From contig SUUT01000001.1 in NCBI GenBank assembly GCA_015062385.1, positions 38,619 through 102,618 of the forward strand: 64,000 nucleotides of DNA. Reading direction: 5' to 3'. The notes under the pieces were generated by a model. The model did no database searches. It was not told the origin of the DNA and was given only the letters and a program-made list of their open reading frames with translations. The DNA comes from Alphaproteobacteria bacterium (GTDB taxonomy: Bacteria > Pseudomonadota > Alphaproteobacteria > CAAHEQ01 > UBA3637). This document shows, piece by piece, positions 9,724 to 17,851 of this stretch (positions are counted from its first letter, which is position 1; the number at the start of each line of letters is the position of its first letter). The position numbers and the translations under genes are program-made.

Positions 9724-10359
9724 CTATATTTTCAACGCTTTTAAGAATTTTGCGATTTTAGCATTTTCTTCTATGGCCTCATTCGGTGTTAAAACCATGT
9801 TCCCATTCATATCAGTTGTAATAATCGGAGAAAAATATGCCGGATTGGTAATCAATGTTTCATACGCTTTTTTAGCATCCTTCCGATACATTGTAAAATA
9901 AGAATGCATCAACTTATACCCATCCACCCGAAAATGCTGTTCCATAATCTTGTCGCCAAACGCTTTAACCAACTCTTTACGCCTGTTTTCTTCCTGTCGT
10001 ATTTCATTGAGCACACGGGTTGTTTCCTTTAATAATTCAATATTCCGATTATAAATCGATTCGGCCTGAGATTTCAATTTATATTCCAAATAATCCAAAA
10101 TAACATCCCGCCAAAAAGGCTGATCCGTATAATTATGTTGCACAATCTGAACAACATCTTTAACCTCGGCCGTATTCACATCTGTCAACCCACATAAATA
10201 AGAAACAACGGCACTCGTTTCTTTTTCCACCAATTCAACCGGAAAATTTTGTGGTGTATATTGTGTAATTTCAACAGTTAAAGCCGGTGCTGCCGTTAGA
10301 ACAGCCCGCTGTTCATACAACTTTTTATACAACACATAAAGCATATCTTTTGCTGCCAT
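9724..10359 (-). CDS. Hypothetical protein (211 aa)
   Basis: Clean ORF in an intergenic-sized gap. There are no recognisable motifs. Confidence 0.45.
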   Translation of the reverse strand: MAAKDMLYVLYKKLYEQRAVLTAAPALTVEITQYTPQNFPVELVEKETSAVVSYLCGLTDVNTAEVKDVVQIVQHNYTDQPFWRDVILDYLEYKLKSQAESIYNRNIELLKETTRVLNEIRQEENRRKELVKAFGDKIMEQHFRVDGYKLMHSYFTMYRKDAKKAYETLITNPAYFSPIITTDMNGNMVLTPNEAIEENAKIAKFLKALKI

Positions 10360-10428
10360 TTCGTCCCTCCGTTTTAAATTTTTTTTCTATTATAAACATA
10401 AAAAGATAAAATAATCTATCAAAAAGTG

Positions 10429-10457
10429 TTGTTTTTTTAAAAAAAATGATGTATCAT
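10429..10457 (+). promoter_or_regulatory. Sigma70-like promoter for the three-gene membrane-protein operon
   Basis: TTGTTT (10429-10434), a 17-bp spacer, then TATCAT (10452-10457). AGGAG lies at 10479-10483 and the ATG at 10492. Confidence 0.4.
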
Positions 10458-10491
10458 AGAGATAATAAGCATTTATCAAGGAGACAACACC

Positions 10492-12021
10492 ATGAAAAAA
10501 ATCCCCTATGTTTTTCTTTTAACTTTTCTAATGTTATTTGCTTTGCCGGCTCATGCCGGTTTTTTGGATAGCATCACAGCAACTATTTTCGGTAAAGTGA
10601 TGGAATGGATGGGATTTGGTGCAAACCTTGACGGATATTGTTGGTTTTGTCCTATTTTTACAACTCTTTTCGAAGCAGCCAACCAATTAACAACAGATGT
10701 TATCAATGCAACAAAATCCGAGATTTTAATCTTATTGGGTATCGGGGCAATGTTTTTCATTATTTTCCGTGTCAGCCAAACATTGATTAAACTGCAAGAA
10801 GTTGACTTAATGCAATTTTTAGGGGATTTATTTAAAACACTGGGTCGTGTTCTTATTGCTTCTGCCATCATTGCCGGTACAAATGTGATTATGAACAGTT
10901 TTGTGACACCGGTTTTGGCTTATTCGTTTGATTTTTCTATTGACATTATAAATCATTCCCAAGAAACAGGTTTAATTTCAAATAAAATATGGAGTTCTGC
11001 CGATAGACGACTGGAATATACAGATAATGCCGATGCTCAAATGGCAGCAGCACAAGCATCCAATTTCTTCTCCGGACAGGCATTCTCCCAAGGGTTACAA
11101 CAATCCATGATTGCCATGCTTGCCAAAATCAGTGCCAATTTAGTGGTTGGTATGGCTGTCGGTATTGTACTAATCGTAACGGGCATTTTAGGCAGTTTCG
11201 TATTTCCGGATATCCAATTAACGCTTTCCGGTGCCGTTATTTTTGCCGCATTCAGTATGATATATCTATCGGTACCGTTCCAGTTAATCAACATTGTGGT
11301 TCGTTTGGCGTTTATTACGGCCCTTATGCCGTTTTGGGTTGTATTTTGGGTTTTTAAACCGACAGAAGCATATACCAAAAATGCCTTGAATATGCTTTTA
11401 AACGTTTGTTTAACCATTATGACAACCGGTGTTCTCATGGTTTTGGTCTTTAAATTAATCGGTATGATGTTGCCGGATTCGGATGATATTTTAGCTTCAA
11501 TGGTTCCGGGGTGGGATTTAATTGCAGGTAAAAAGTCTTCCGTGTTCAAGTCCGGCATTTTAATAACCTTGGCTTTGGGTTTCTTGTGTAAAGAATTGAT
11601 TAAAGCTGCTCCGGAATTGGCATCTCGTATCATTCAATCTTATGATGTCAGTATCGGATCCAGCGTTGAAGCAGGTATTATCAAAAGTGCCGGTATCGGA
11701 TTGGGTGGTGGAGCTACGATGCTTGGTCTAGGTACCGTTTTCGGACAAAACAGTTACGATACTCTGGAAAAAGGTGCTCAAAAAATGCGTGGAAACATTG
11801 GCGGTATGCTTGGCATGAAAGGAAAAGATGATACCATTTGGAATATGGGCTCAGGATCATCCAAACCAACAACACCCGGACAATATACCGGCGGTAGTGG
11901 CGGAACCGATAACAAAGGACAACCATCCGGCACATCAACCCCCACACAACCGGCAGGAAACAATACAAATCCAACCGGCAACAACCAAAATCCGCCGGCA
12001 GGAAACAACAAAAACACTTAA
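10492..12021 (+). CDS. Polytopic membrane protein, paralog A of a tandem trio (VirB6/TrbL-like architecture). It has a signal peptide and a Gly/Asn/Thr/Pro-rich C-terminal tail.
   Basis: 509 aa. Signal peptide ...ALPAHA|G, a CWFC motif and at least 6 TM helices. The motif PFWVVFWVFKPTEAYTKNALNMLLN is shared with the next two ORFs. The tail is GNNTNPTGNNQNPPAGNNKNT. Confidence 0.7.
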   Translation: MKKIPYVFLLTFLMLFALPAHAGFLDSITATIFGKVMEWMGFGANLDGYCWFCPIFTTLFEAANQLTTDVINATKSEILILLGIGAMFFIIFRVSQTLIKLQEVDLMQFLGDLFKTLGRVLIASAIIAGTNVIMNSFVTPVLAYSFDFSIDIINHSQETGLISNKIWSSADRRLEYTDNADAQMAAAQASNFFSGQAFSQGLQQSMIAMLAKISANLVVGMAVGIVLIVTGILGSFVFPDIQLTLSGAVIFAAFSMIYLSVPFQLINIVVRLAFITALMPFWVVFWVFKPTEAYTKNALNMLLNVCLTIMTTGVLMVLVFKLIGMMLPDSDDILASMVPGWDLIAGKKSSVFKSGILITLALGFLCKELIKAAPELASRIIQSYDVSIGSSVEAGIIKSAGIGLGGGATMLGLGTVFGQNSYDTLEKGAQKMRGNIGGMLGMKGKDDTIWNMGSGSSKPTTPGQYTGGSGGTDNKGQPSGTSTPTQPAGNNTNPTGNNQNPPAGNNKNT

Positions 12022-12051
12022 AATAACAGACAAAAAACAAGGGAGAACAAC

Positions 12052-13377
12052 ATGAATACTTTTAAACGAATTTGTTTTCAAGTAAAAACCCTTTGGAAAT
12101 GGGGGCTATGTTCTCTTCTGTTTTTTGTAAGCGGTTGTTCCAATTCCATTGACCCGAAAGAAGTAGAAAATTTATTCCGCATCAAAAAAGAAAATTGTTG
12201 GCCGTGTACCATGTATAAAATTACGTGGGAAGCTATCGGCGATTTAATCATTGAGATGTTTCCTATTTTATGCAAAACGGCTCTGGATATTTTAGGAATC
12301 GGATTATTATTTTGGATTACATTTACTGTCGGAAAAATGATTTCGGCATTAAAAGAACCAAACTTAAAAGACTTTTTAACCAATATGGCAACCGTTTTAT
12401 TTAAAGCGTTTGTCGTTGCCGCTGTTTTATATAACTCTCAATTTGTTTATGACTTATTAAGCGTTATTGTTACACCTACGTTAGAAGCATTTATACAAAT
12501 CAGCCGAAACATTATGTTCGCAGACCCAAGCATTGCCAAAAACTTTGCCGCTGCCGAAACATACACGAATATTGCATCTGATTCGACTATTTTCACAACA
12601 AAAGTCGGCAATCAGTTGCAGGATTTAATTTATCGGGTCTATTTGGGATTCCATTCAGGTATCGGTTTAGGGGCAAAAATGATGGCCACACTGGATTTTA
12701 CAACACAAATGTTGGGTCTTGTGGTTATCTTTATTTTCTTTTACCTGATGCTTATGTTCCCGTTATTGTTTATTGAAGGATTTATGCTTTTGGGAGCCGT
12801 TGTCTTTTTCTTCCCATTCTTTTTGGTAGCATATGTCTTCCCTTACACAAAAGGATATTTAACCAGTGCTTGGAAAGTTTTATTTGTCAGTATGGCACAA
12901 ATTGTTTTAACATGTGTTTATATGGCTGTTATGTTAACAGTCATTCGTTCTTACGCTGATGACACATTTTCCATCGGAGCCCAGTTAACGGACCCAACAT
13001 TAATACTGGGAATGAAAAACATGCAACAGCAAGGATTGGCATTTTTTGCCTTGGTATTTGTAATGTTTAAAATGACAAGTGATATCCCGAGTATCTCGGC
13101 AAAATTAGTCAGCGACTTTAACCGTTCCGCTGTATCAAGAGGAATTCAACAGGTCGCCAATATCGGTAAAAGCTTGGGATTATTTGCTGCCGGCATGGCC
13201 ATAAGCGGAACAGGTATTGGGGCCGGAGTTGGAAAAGCTATGATGGCAAAAGCTACAAAAGATGCCGGAAAAACCATGAACGATGCTTTCTCACCAAACG
13301 GCGGAGAAAACACCGGAGACGGTATCAGCGATGCTCAAAAAGCATCTACACAAGTTGTACAGAAACAACCAAAGTAA
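12052..13377 (+). CDS. Polytopic membrane protein, paralog B of the trio. It has a lipoprotein-type signal (VSGC).
   Basis: 441 aa with CWPC and PFFLVAYVFPYTKGYLTSAWKVLFV motifs. There is an RBS, and the gap from ORF A is only 30 bp. Confidence 0.7.
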   Translation: MNTFKRICFQVKTLWKWGLCSLLFFVSGCSNSIDPKEVENLFRIKKENCWPCTMYKITWEAIGDLIIEMFPILCKTALDILGIGLLFWITFTVGKMISALKEPNLKDFLTNMATVLFKAFVVAAVLYNSQFVYDLLSVIVTPTLEAFIQISRNIMFADPSIAKNFAAAETYTNIASDSTIFTTKVGNQLQDLIYRVYLGFHSGIGLGAKMMATLDFTTQMLGLVVIFIFFYLMLMFPLLFIEGFMLLGAVVFFFPFFLVAYVFPYTKGYLTSAWKVLFVSMAQIVLTCVYMAVMLTVIRSYADDTFSIGAQLTDPTLILGMKNMQQQGLAFFALVFVMFKMTSDIPSISAKLVSDFNRSAVSRGIQQVANIGKSLGLFAAGMAISGTGIGAGVGKAMMAKATKDAGKTMNDAFSPNGGENTGDGISDAQKASTQVVQKQPK

Positions 13378-13389
13378 AGGGGAAAAAAC

Positions 13390-15501
13390 ATGAAACGGAT
13401 AATCAAATTTCTTTTACTTTTGGCAACAGCTTTAACCACGGTATTTATTGCACACATAAATCCGTTTAAGGGTGCGTTATTTCCGATTTGTTGTGCTCTC
13501 TCTATTATGATCATATTCGGAACACTCGGTTATTTTACTCTGATTAAAAAACAAAAAATCCTATTCACAATTCCGTTAATATTAAGTATTTGCTGTATGA
13601 CCATTGTTTTACCTGCTTTTGCAGACAACGCCGGAAATGTTGATGCTGCCACAAGTGAGGAATGGCGGAATAAAATATCTGCTGCCGGTGATGCCGTTGA
13701 CAGCGATTCCGAATTTAAAAAATATTATCAAACCGACGACGGTAAAAATGAAGATTATGTTGCAGGATATGAACCGACAACCTTTAATCCGGACACGGCA
13801 GATGCGGCAATCAAAGCCGAGGGTTACTGTCGTGAGCTGAAAATTCCAGATCGAAAATCCGATTCATTGCACGAAAAATGCAAAAAAATCGAACTATATA
13901 ATAATATGGTTGCTAAAATTAAAAATCTAATGGGAACCAGTTGCAGTCCCATTACATCCATCATTAAAAATCTGGTTAATAAGAATGAATGTTGGCCCTG
14001 TGATGTGACAGCATTGGTTTTGGTGTCCATTCAAAAAGTAACTGCTGCCGCATATGAGGTTTTACGCCCAGCCGCCTTATCTCTATTAGGCGTTTTAACA
14101 ATGTTGTGGTTGGCTTATGTCACATTAGCCTTTTTCGGAAAATTCGGTTTCGCCCGTATTTCGGAATATTTAACAAACGTATTAAACAAAATTGTCTTGG
14201 TATTGGTTATTTCCGCCATATTAACAAACAATCAAACAATTTCATCCTTGTATCGATTTACAATTTCACCCGTGGTTGCTTATTCTGCCTCATTAGCACA
14301 GGAATTCTCCGAAAGCGGACGACGTGCCGCTAAAAATGCCGGAAGTGTTTTGGATATGGCACAAAAAATTATGTCTCTTGGGGCTTCCACTGAATGTTCT
14401 TACTGTAAAAACAGAGGAGACACCTCATCAAATACGCTCTTTTTGGATTCGGTTGCAACGAACAGTATTTTATGTATGATATGTACGGTTTATCATCAGG
14501 TAGCCCCGATGATTGCACTGGGACAAGGCATTACCTGTTTTGCCGGAGCGGCCTCTGTTTCACAATCAGATCAATCGGCATTAAGTGCCGCAACCGCACA
14601 TGGTGTAACCCGATTAGGGGCCGGTATCGTCGGCATATTTTTAATCATTATGTTTTCACTTATTATGCTGTTAATTGCATTTCATGTCTTATCATCCATT
14701 TTACAACTGGGATTTGTGCTTATTTTACTACCGCTATGGCTCATTGCCTTTGTATTTAAAGGAACACGAGAATATCTTAAAAACGCATGGGCATTATTAA
14801 TGCATGCCGTTATCTCATTAGTAGCCATTTCCATTTCAACCGCTTTGATTATCATTGGATTTAGTGATTTATTATCCGGCAAATTAGCATTGGCCTTAGG
14901 TTGGGCAATGGTTAAAGGTTCTCCGAATGATATTTTAAGTACATTTACGGGAGAATTAGATCAAACGGCACAAGCTGCCGGTGAAGGTGGCAGTATGTTC
15001 TCCGGTTTAACGGATTCACTTATTCAATATGGCATTGACTCTTTAATCGGTGTTTCCCCGATGCAAGCTGTCTTTTTATTAGTTGCTTTTGCCTTTTTAT
15101 CCGTCAGCATGATAAATGCAGCTCCTGAGTTAGTTGAACGTTTATTCAACTTATGGCTTGGAAAATCCATTGATGCCCAAGGCATGATGATGGATAGTGC
15201 CCGTACAGCCATGAAAGGGGTCGGCGTTATGAGTAGCAGTGCTAAATTATTAGCCGGTGCCGGGGCTTTGGGATTGGGTTACATGAATTCAAAAACCAGT
15301 CAAAAGAAGGTTGAAAATGCTCAAGCAGCCCGCATTCAGAAATACGAGGAAGAACAAAAACAACGTCAAGCAGCTAAAGAACAAACGGGACAACAAACAC
15401 CTACAAATACCACCGGCGGAACAACCGGCAACAGTAGTGGGAATGCTAACGAAAACGATAGCGGTAGCGGAAATAACACATTCCCGACCGGAACAAATTA
15501 A
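13390..15501 (+). CDS. Polytopic membrane protein, paralog C of the trio. It has a periplasmic segment of about 150 aa and a Thr/Gly/Asn-rich C-terminal tail.
   Basis: 703 aa with ECWPC and PLWLIAFVFKGTREYLKNAWALLMH motifs. The tail is QQTPTNTTGGTTGNSSGNANENDSGSGNNTF. Confidence 0.7.
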   Translation: MKRIIKFLLLLATALTTVFIAHINPFKGALFPICCALSIMIIFGTLGYFTLIKKQKILFTIPLILSICCMTIVLPAFADNAGNVDAATSEEWRNKISAAGDAVDSDSEFKKYYQTDDGKNEDYVAGYEPTTFNPDTADAAIKAEGYCRELKIPDRKSDSLHEKCKKIELYNNMVAKIKNLMGTSCSPITSIIKNLVNKNECWPCDVTALVLVSIQKVTAAAYEVLRPAALSLLGVLTMLWLAYVTLAFFGKFGFARISEYLTNVLNKIVLVLVISAILTNNQTISSLYRFTISPVVAYSASLAQEFSESGRRAAKNAGSVLDMAQKIMSLGASTECSYCKNRGDTSSNTLFLDSVATNSILCMICTVYHQVAPMIALGQGITCFAGAASVSQSDQSALSAATAHGVTRLGAGIVGIFLIIMFSLIMLLIAFHVLSSILQLGFVLILLPLWLIAFVFKGTREYLKNAWALLMHAVISLVAISISTALIIIGFSDLLSGKLALALGWAMVKGSPNDILSTFTGELDQTAQAAGEGGSMFSGLTDSLIQYGIDSLIGVSPMQAVFLLVAFAFLSVSMINAAPELVERLFNLWLGKSIDAQGMMMDSARTAMKGVGVMSSSAKLLAGAGALGLGYMNSKTSQKKVENAQAARIQKYEEEQKQRQAAKEQTGQQTPTNTTGGTTGNSSGNANENDSGSGNNTFPTGTN

Positions 15502-15521
15502 TCGACACATCGAGCAAGTTT

Positions 15522-15650
15522 GAAGGAATACGAGAAAGAAAAAAGCAATGCCAACACCTGCCTAGCAGGACAACAAGCTCCCCTCAAACCACTGGCGGAA
15601 CAATCGGCAATAGTGGTGGGAATGCTAACAGAAATGGTACATCAATCGAT
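15522..15650 (+). repeat. Degenerate, frame-shifted duplicate of the 3' end of paralog C (compare 15340-15480)
   Basis: accaccggcggaacaaccggcaacagtagtgggaatgctaacgaaaac versus accactggcggaacaatcggcaatagtggtgggaatgctaacagaaat. The preceding aatacgag(g/a)aaga(a/aa) segment is also duplicated. Confidence 0.5.
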
Positions 15651-15691
15651 TATAAAAAAATCAATATTTCTACATAACGACAGAAAAAATT

Positions 15692-16090
15692 TTAAGGCAT
15701 ACATAAGACGCTCTGGCTGTTGGTTCGTGTGAGCACGAGCACACTACCATCATTGAGATAAACACGATAGGCATCACTGCTACCTGAGGTTATGTTCAAC
15801 CACATCCCGCCACTGCCTATCGAACTCAAATTCGGACATTGTTTTGTCATATCACACTTTGTTTCATCACTGCACTCACATTCACTCAATGGAACTAATG
15901 TCATCCCAATGGCATCACACCATGCATGGGCACTCCACCAATTCATACCAACCTTTGATTTACAATACGTTCCGTGATCATTTCCTTTCAATTCCGTACC
16001 ATAGCCATTTGCACAATCTGCTGCCTGAACACTTATTGGTTGAAGCATGATCAATCCGATAAGTCCCATAATCAACGTTTTTCTTTTCAT
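15692..16090 (-). CDS. Secreted Cys-rich small protein, possibly a C-type-lectin-like fold
   Basis: Signal peptide MKRKTLIMGLIGLIMLQPISVQA. W-x-x-A-x-x-x-C-x-x-x-G-x-x-L (WWSAHAWCDAIGMTL) resembles the CTLD signature. Same strand as the pilin-like gene, 35 bp downstream of it. Confidence 0.5.
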   Translation of the reverse strand: MKRKTLIMGLIGLIMLQPISVQAADCANGYGTELKGNDHGTYCKSKVGMNWWSAHAWCDAIGMTLVPLSECECSDETKCDMTKQCPNLSSIGSGGMWLNITSGSSDAYRVYLNDGSVLVLTRTNSQSVLCMP

Positions 16091-16124
16091 TTCTTTTCTC
16101 CTTTGCTTTTGGTTGATTTTTCAC

Positions 16125-17507
16125 TTATTCTGCCGGTTTCGGGCACGTTGTGTTCTTTTCATCCCACAACGCACACGCTCCATAGACTTTTCCCGTTATT
16201 CCCGCTCCCGCTGCCGTGCAATTTATGTCTTTCCACTGTAAATGGCAGTACATTTTTGGCGGACATCTCTTTTCTAACTTAAATATTCTATTATTATCTA
16301 CTACTACTTCAAAATATGGATGCGTATAAAAAACCGGTAATCTTTGACATTTACCATACAGTGTTCCTGTCGCTCCGGCACTGGCTGTCGGTATTGGCTC
16401 TCCCTTTTTCCACGACGATTTCGTCCAATTTAACGCACAATATTTTTCCGGACTGCTACACTTTTTTTGGGGTGTTACCGTGACTATATTTGCACTTACT
16501 TCTTCACGATACGCTATATTCGGATCCCCAGGCATTATCAATCGTTGACATTTTCCGTATAATGTGCCCGTTGTTCCCGCACTTGCCGTTGGTACCGTTT
16601 CTCCTTTTTTCCATGACGATTTCGTCCAATTTAAAAAACAATATTGATTTGGGACTGTACATTGTGTAGCATGCTTTACCTCTCCTGTAGAACTAACTGT
16701 ATAGGAACAATCTGTTTCGTATGTTTTTTCTCCGATACTTTTTACCTCTTGAACAGAATAACTACAATCCGTAGTGTACCCAAAATCTGTATCCGCCTCA
16801 TAAAATGTATAGATACACGCCCCGTCACTCGGAATACATTCGCCGGCTTTTGTTTCACTGCAAAATTCATCATACCGACAACACCATCCGATTTCTTCTG
16901 CCTCTATCTTGCACGATGTTATCTTTTCATCCGCTCTATCGGCACATAAATCGATACACCCGTCTTCGTCATCGTTCAGCCGTTCGTCAAACCCACATGC
17001 CTGACAAATTTCTTCATCTTCATCACAATATATCCCCTCTTGATTCGGACATTCATTGTTGTTGGCACACGGTATTAACTGTTCTGCCCCGTTAAAGGAA
17101 ACAACAACTTCCTGTGTCTCCGCCGAACAGTCCATCGGCGTATTGTCCATTGTATAAAGCGTGAGTTCGCCGGCATCTTGTGCCAATCTGTTTAAATGAA
17201 TACAGATGTTCTTTTCAACTGCTTCTATCAACACAAAATCATTTTGAGCTTTATCACGTCGAACATAATATGTATAGGGGCTCGGTAATTCTTCTCTAAA
17301 TTCTTCCCATTCATACGGAACACCATCCGTTTGTGACACAAGGTTAATTTGTATCAGCTTGATATCTTTGTAAACCTGATTCGCTTGATATTTATTAAAT
17401 GCATAGCGGTATCCCCCGACTGCGACTATCGTTAATACCCCGATAACCGCTAATACGCCGAGCATTTCTATCATACTTCGGCCTTGTTCATTCAGTTTGA
17501 TTCGCAT
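16125..17507 (-). CDS. Prepilin-leader (class III signal peptide) protein with a Cys-rich repeat ectodomain. The probable start is Met6 of the track ORF.
   Basis: MRIKLNEQGRSMIEMLGVLAVIGVL has Gly at -1 and Glu at +5. The C-terminal 380 aa are Cys-rich, with 67-aa repeats YC(F/A)LNWTKSSWKKGE.PTASAG.TGTLYGKCQRL. The matching DNA repeat is 201 bp (16341/16542). Confidence 0.7.
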   Translation of the reverse strand: MRIKLNEQGRSMIEMLGVLAVIGVLTIVAVGGYRYAFNKYQANQVYKDIKLIQINLVSQTDGVPYEWEEFREELPSPYTYYVRRDKAQNDFVLIEAVEKNICIHLNRLAQDAGELTLYTMDNTPMDCSAETQEVVVSFNGAEQLIPCANNNECPNQEGIYCDEDEEICQACGFDERLNDDEDGCIDLCADRADEKITSCKIEAEEIGWCCRYDEFCSETKAGECIPSDGACIYTFYEADTDFGYTTDCSYSVQEVKSIGEKTYETDCSYTVSSTGEVKHATQCTVPNQYCFLNWTKSSWKKGETVPTASAGTTGTLYGKCQRLIMPGDPNIAYREEVSANIVTVTPQKKCSSPEKYCALNWTKSSWKKGEPIPTASAGATGTLYGKCQRLPVFYTHPYFEVVVDNNRIFKLEKRCPPKMYCHLQWKDINCTAAGAGITGKVYGACALWDEKNTTCPKPAE

Positions 17508-17548
17508 ATTCCCCTCTCTCATAGTAACATTGCTTTATAAGAGAGTAT

Positions 17549-17699
17549 AAAAAAAGGGACCTTTTTTTCCCTATTCAAAACGCAAAAATCGGATTTTTAC
17601 AAAAATGAAAGATTATTGTTTGAGTTGAATAAGTTAATTAAAATTAAAAAAAATGCTAAAAAGTGAAAAAAAGTGTTGCATTTATACCTCCCTTTTTTT
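17549..17699 (-). promoter_or_regulatory. Conserved 150-bp upstream element, copy 1 of 4. It has complementary termini (AAAAAGGGAC ... CCTCCCTTTTT, imperfect here).
   Basis: About 85% identical to 18589-18735, 37941-38088 and 60897-61047. It lies 41 bp upstream of the pilin-like start codon. A TATACT hexamer abuts its proximal end on the gene strand. Confidence 0.7.
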
Positions 17700-17743
17700 A
17701 CGGATACGCCATAGCTCTCCACTAGCCGGTACAAGAGATATTA

Positions 17744-17820
17744 CCCCTTTCAAACTTTATTCAACGGTTCAAAAGTTTTGCAAATCTTGTGTTCGTACTG
17801 AATTTTCTACATCTGCTCAC
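17744..17820. repeat. Conserved 77-bp segment, copy 1 of 2 (repeat B)
   Basis: cccctttcaaactttattcaacggttcaaaagttttgcaaatcttgtgttcgtactgaattttctaca recurs at 18814-18890. A 1-nt indel between the copies argues for non-coding sequence. Confidence 0.6.
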
Positions 17821-17851
17821 TTACTACCGGTCATACGTCATTTGGTGCTAT

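Noticed and set aside
10492-15501. Calling a complete type IV secretion system
   Set aside because: Only VirB6-like membrane components can be argued. No ATPase (VirB4, VirB11 or VirD4) or core-complex gene is present in the window.
15311-15732. Two 70-aa ORFs from the track (15311-15523 and 15520-15732)
   Set aside because: The first is an alternative frame inside the paralog C tail. The second is the frame-shifted duplicate of that tail.
17549-17699. Interpreting the 150-bp element simply as a MITE
   Set aside because: It is not rejected outright. A MITE is disfavoured because all copies keep a fixed distance and orientation to start codons, and because the terminal inverted repeats show compensatory covariation rather than sequence-specific conservation.
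17765-17790. tRNA-like T-arm (GGTTCAAAAG) in repeat B
   Set aside because: No acceptor stem, D-arm or anticodon-arm cloverleaf can be drawn around it.
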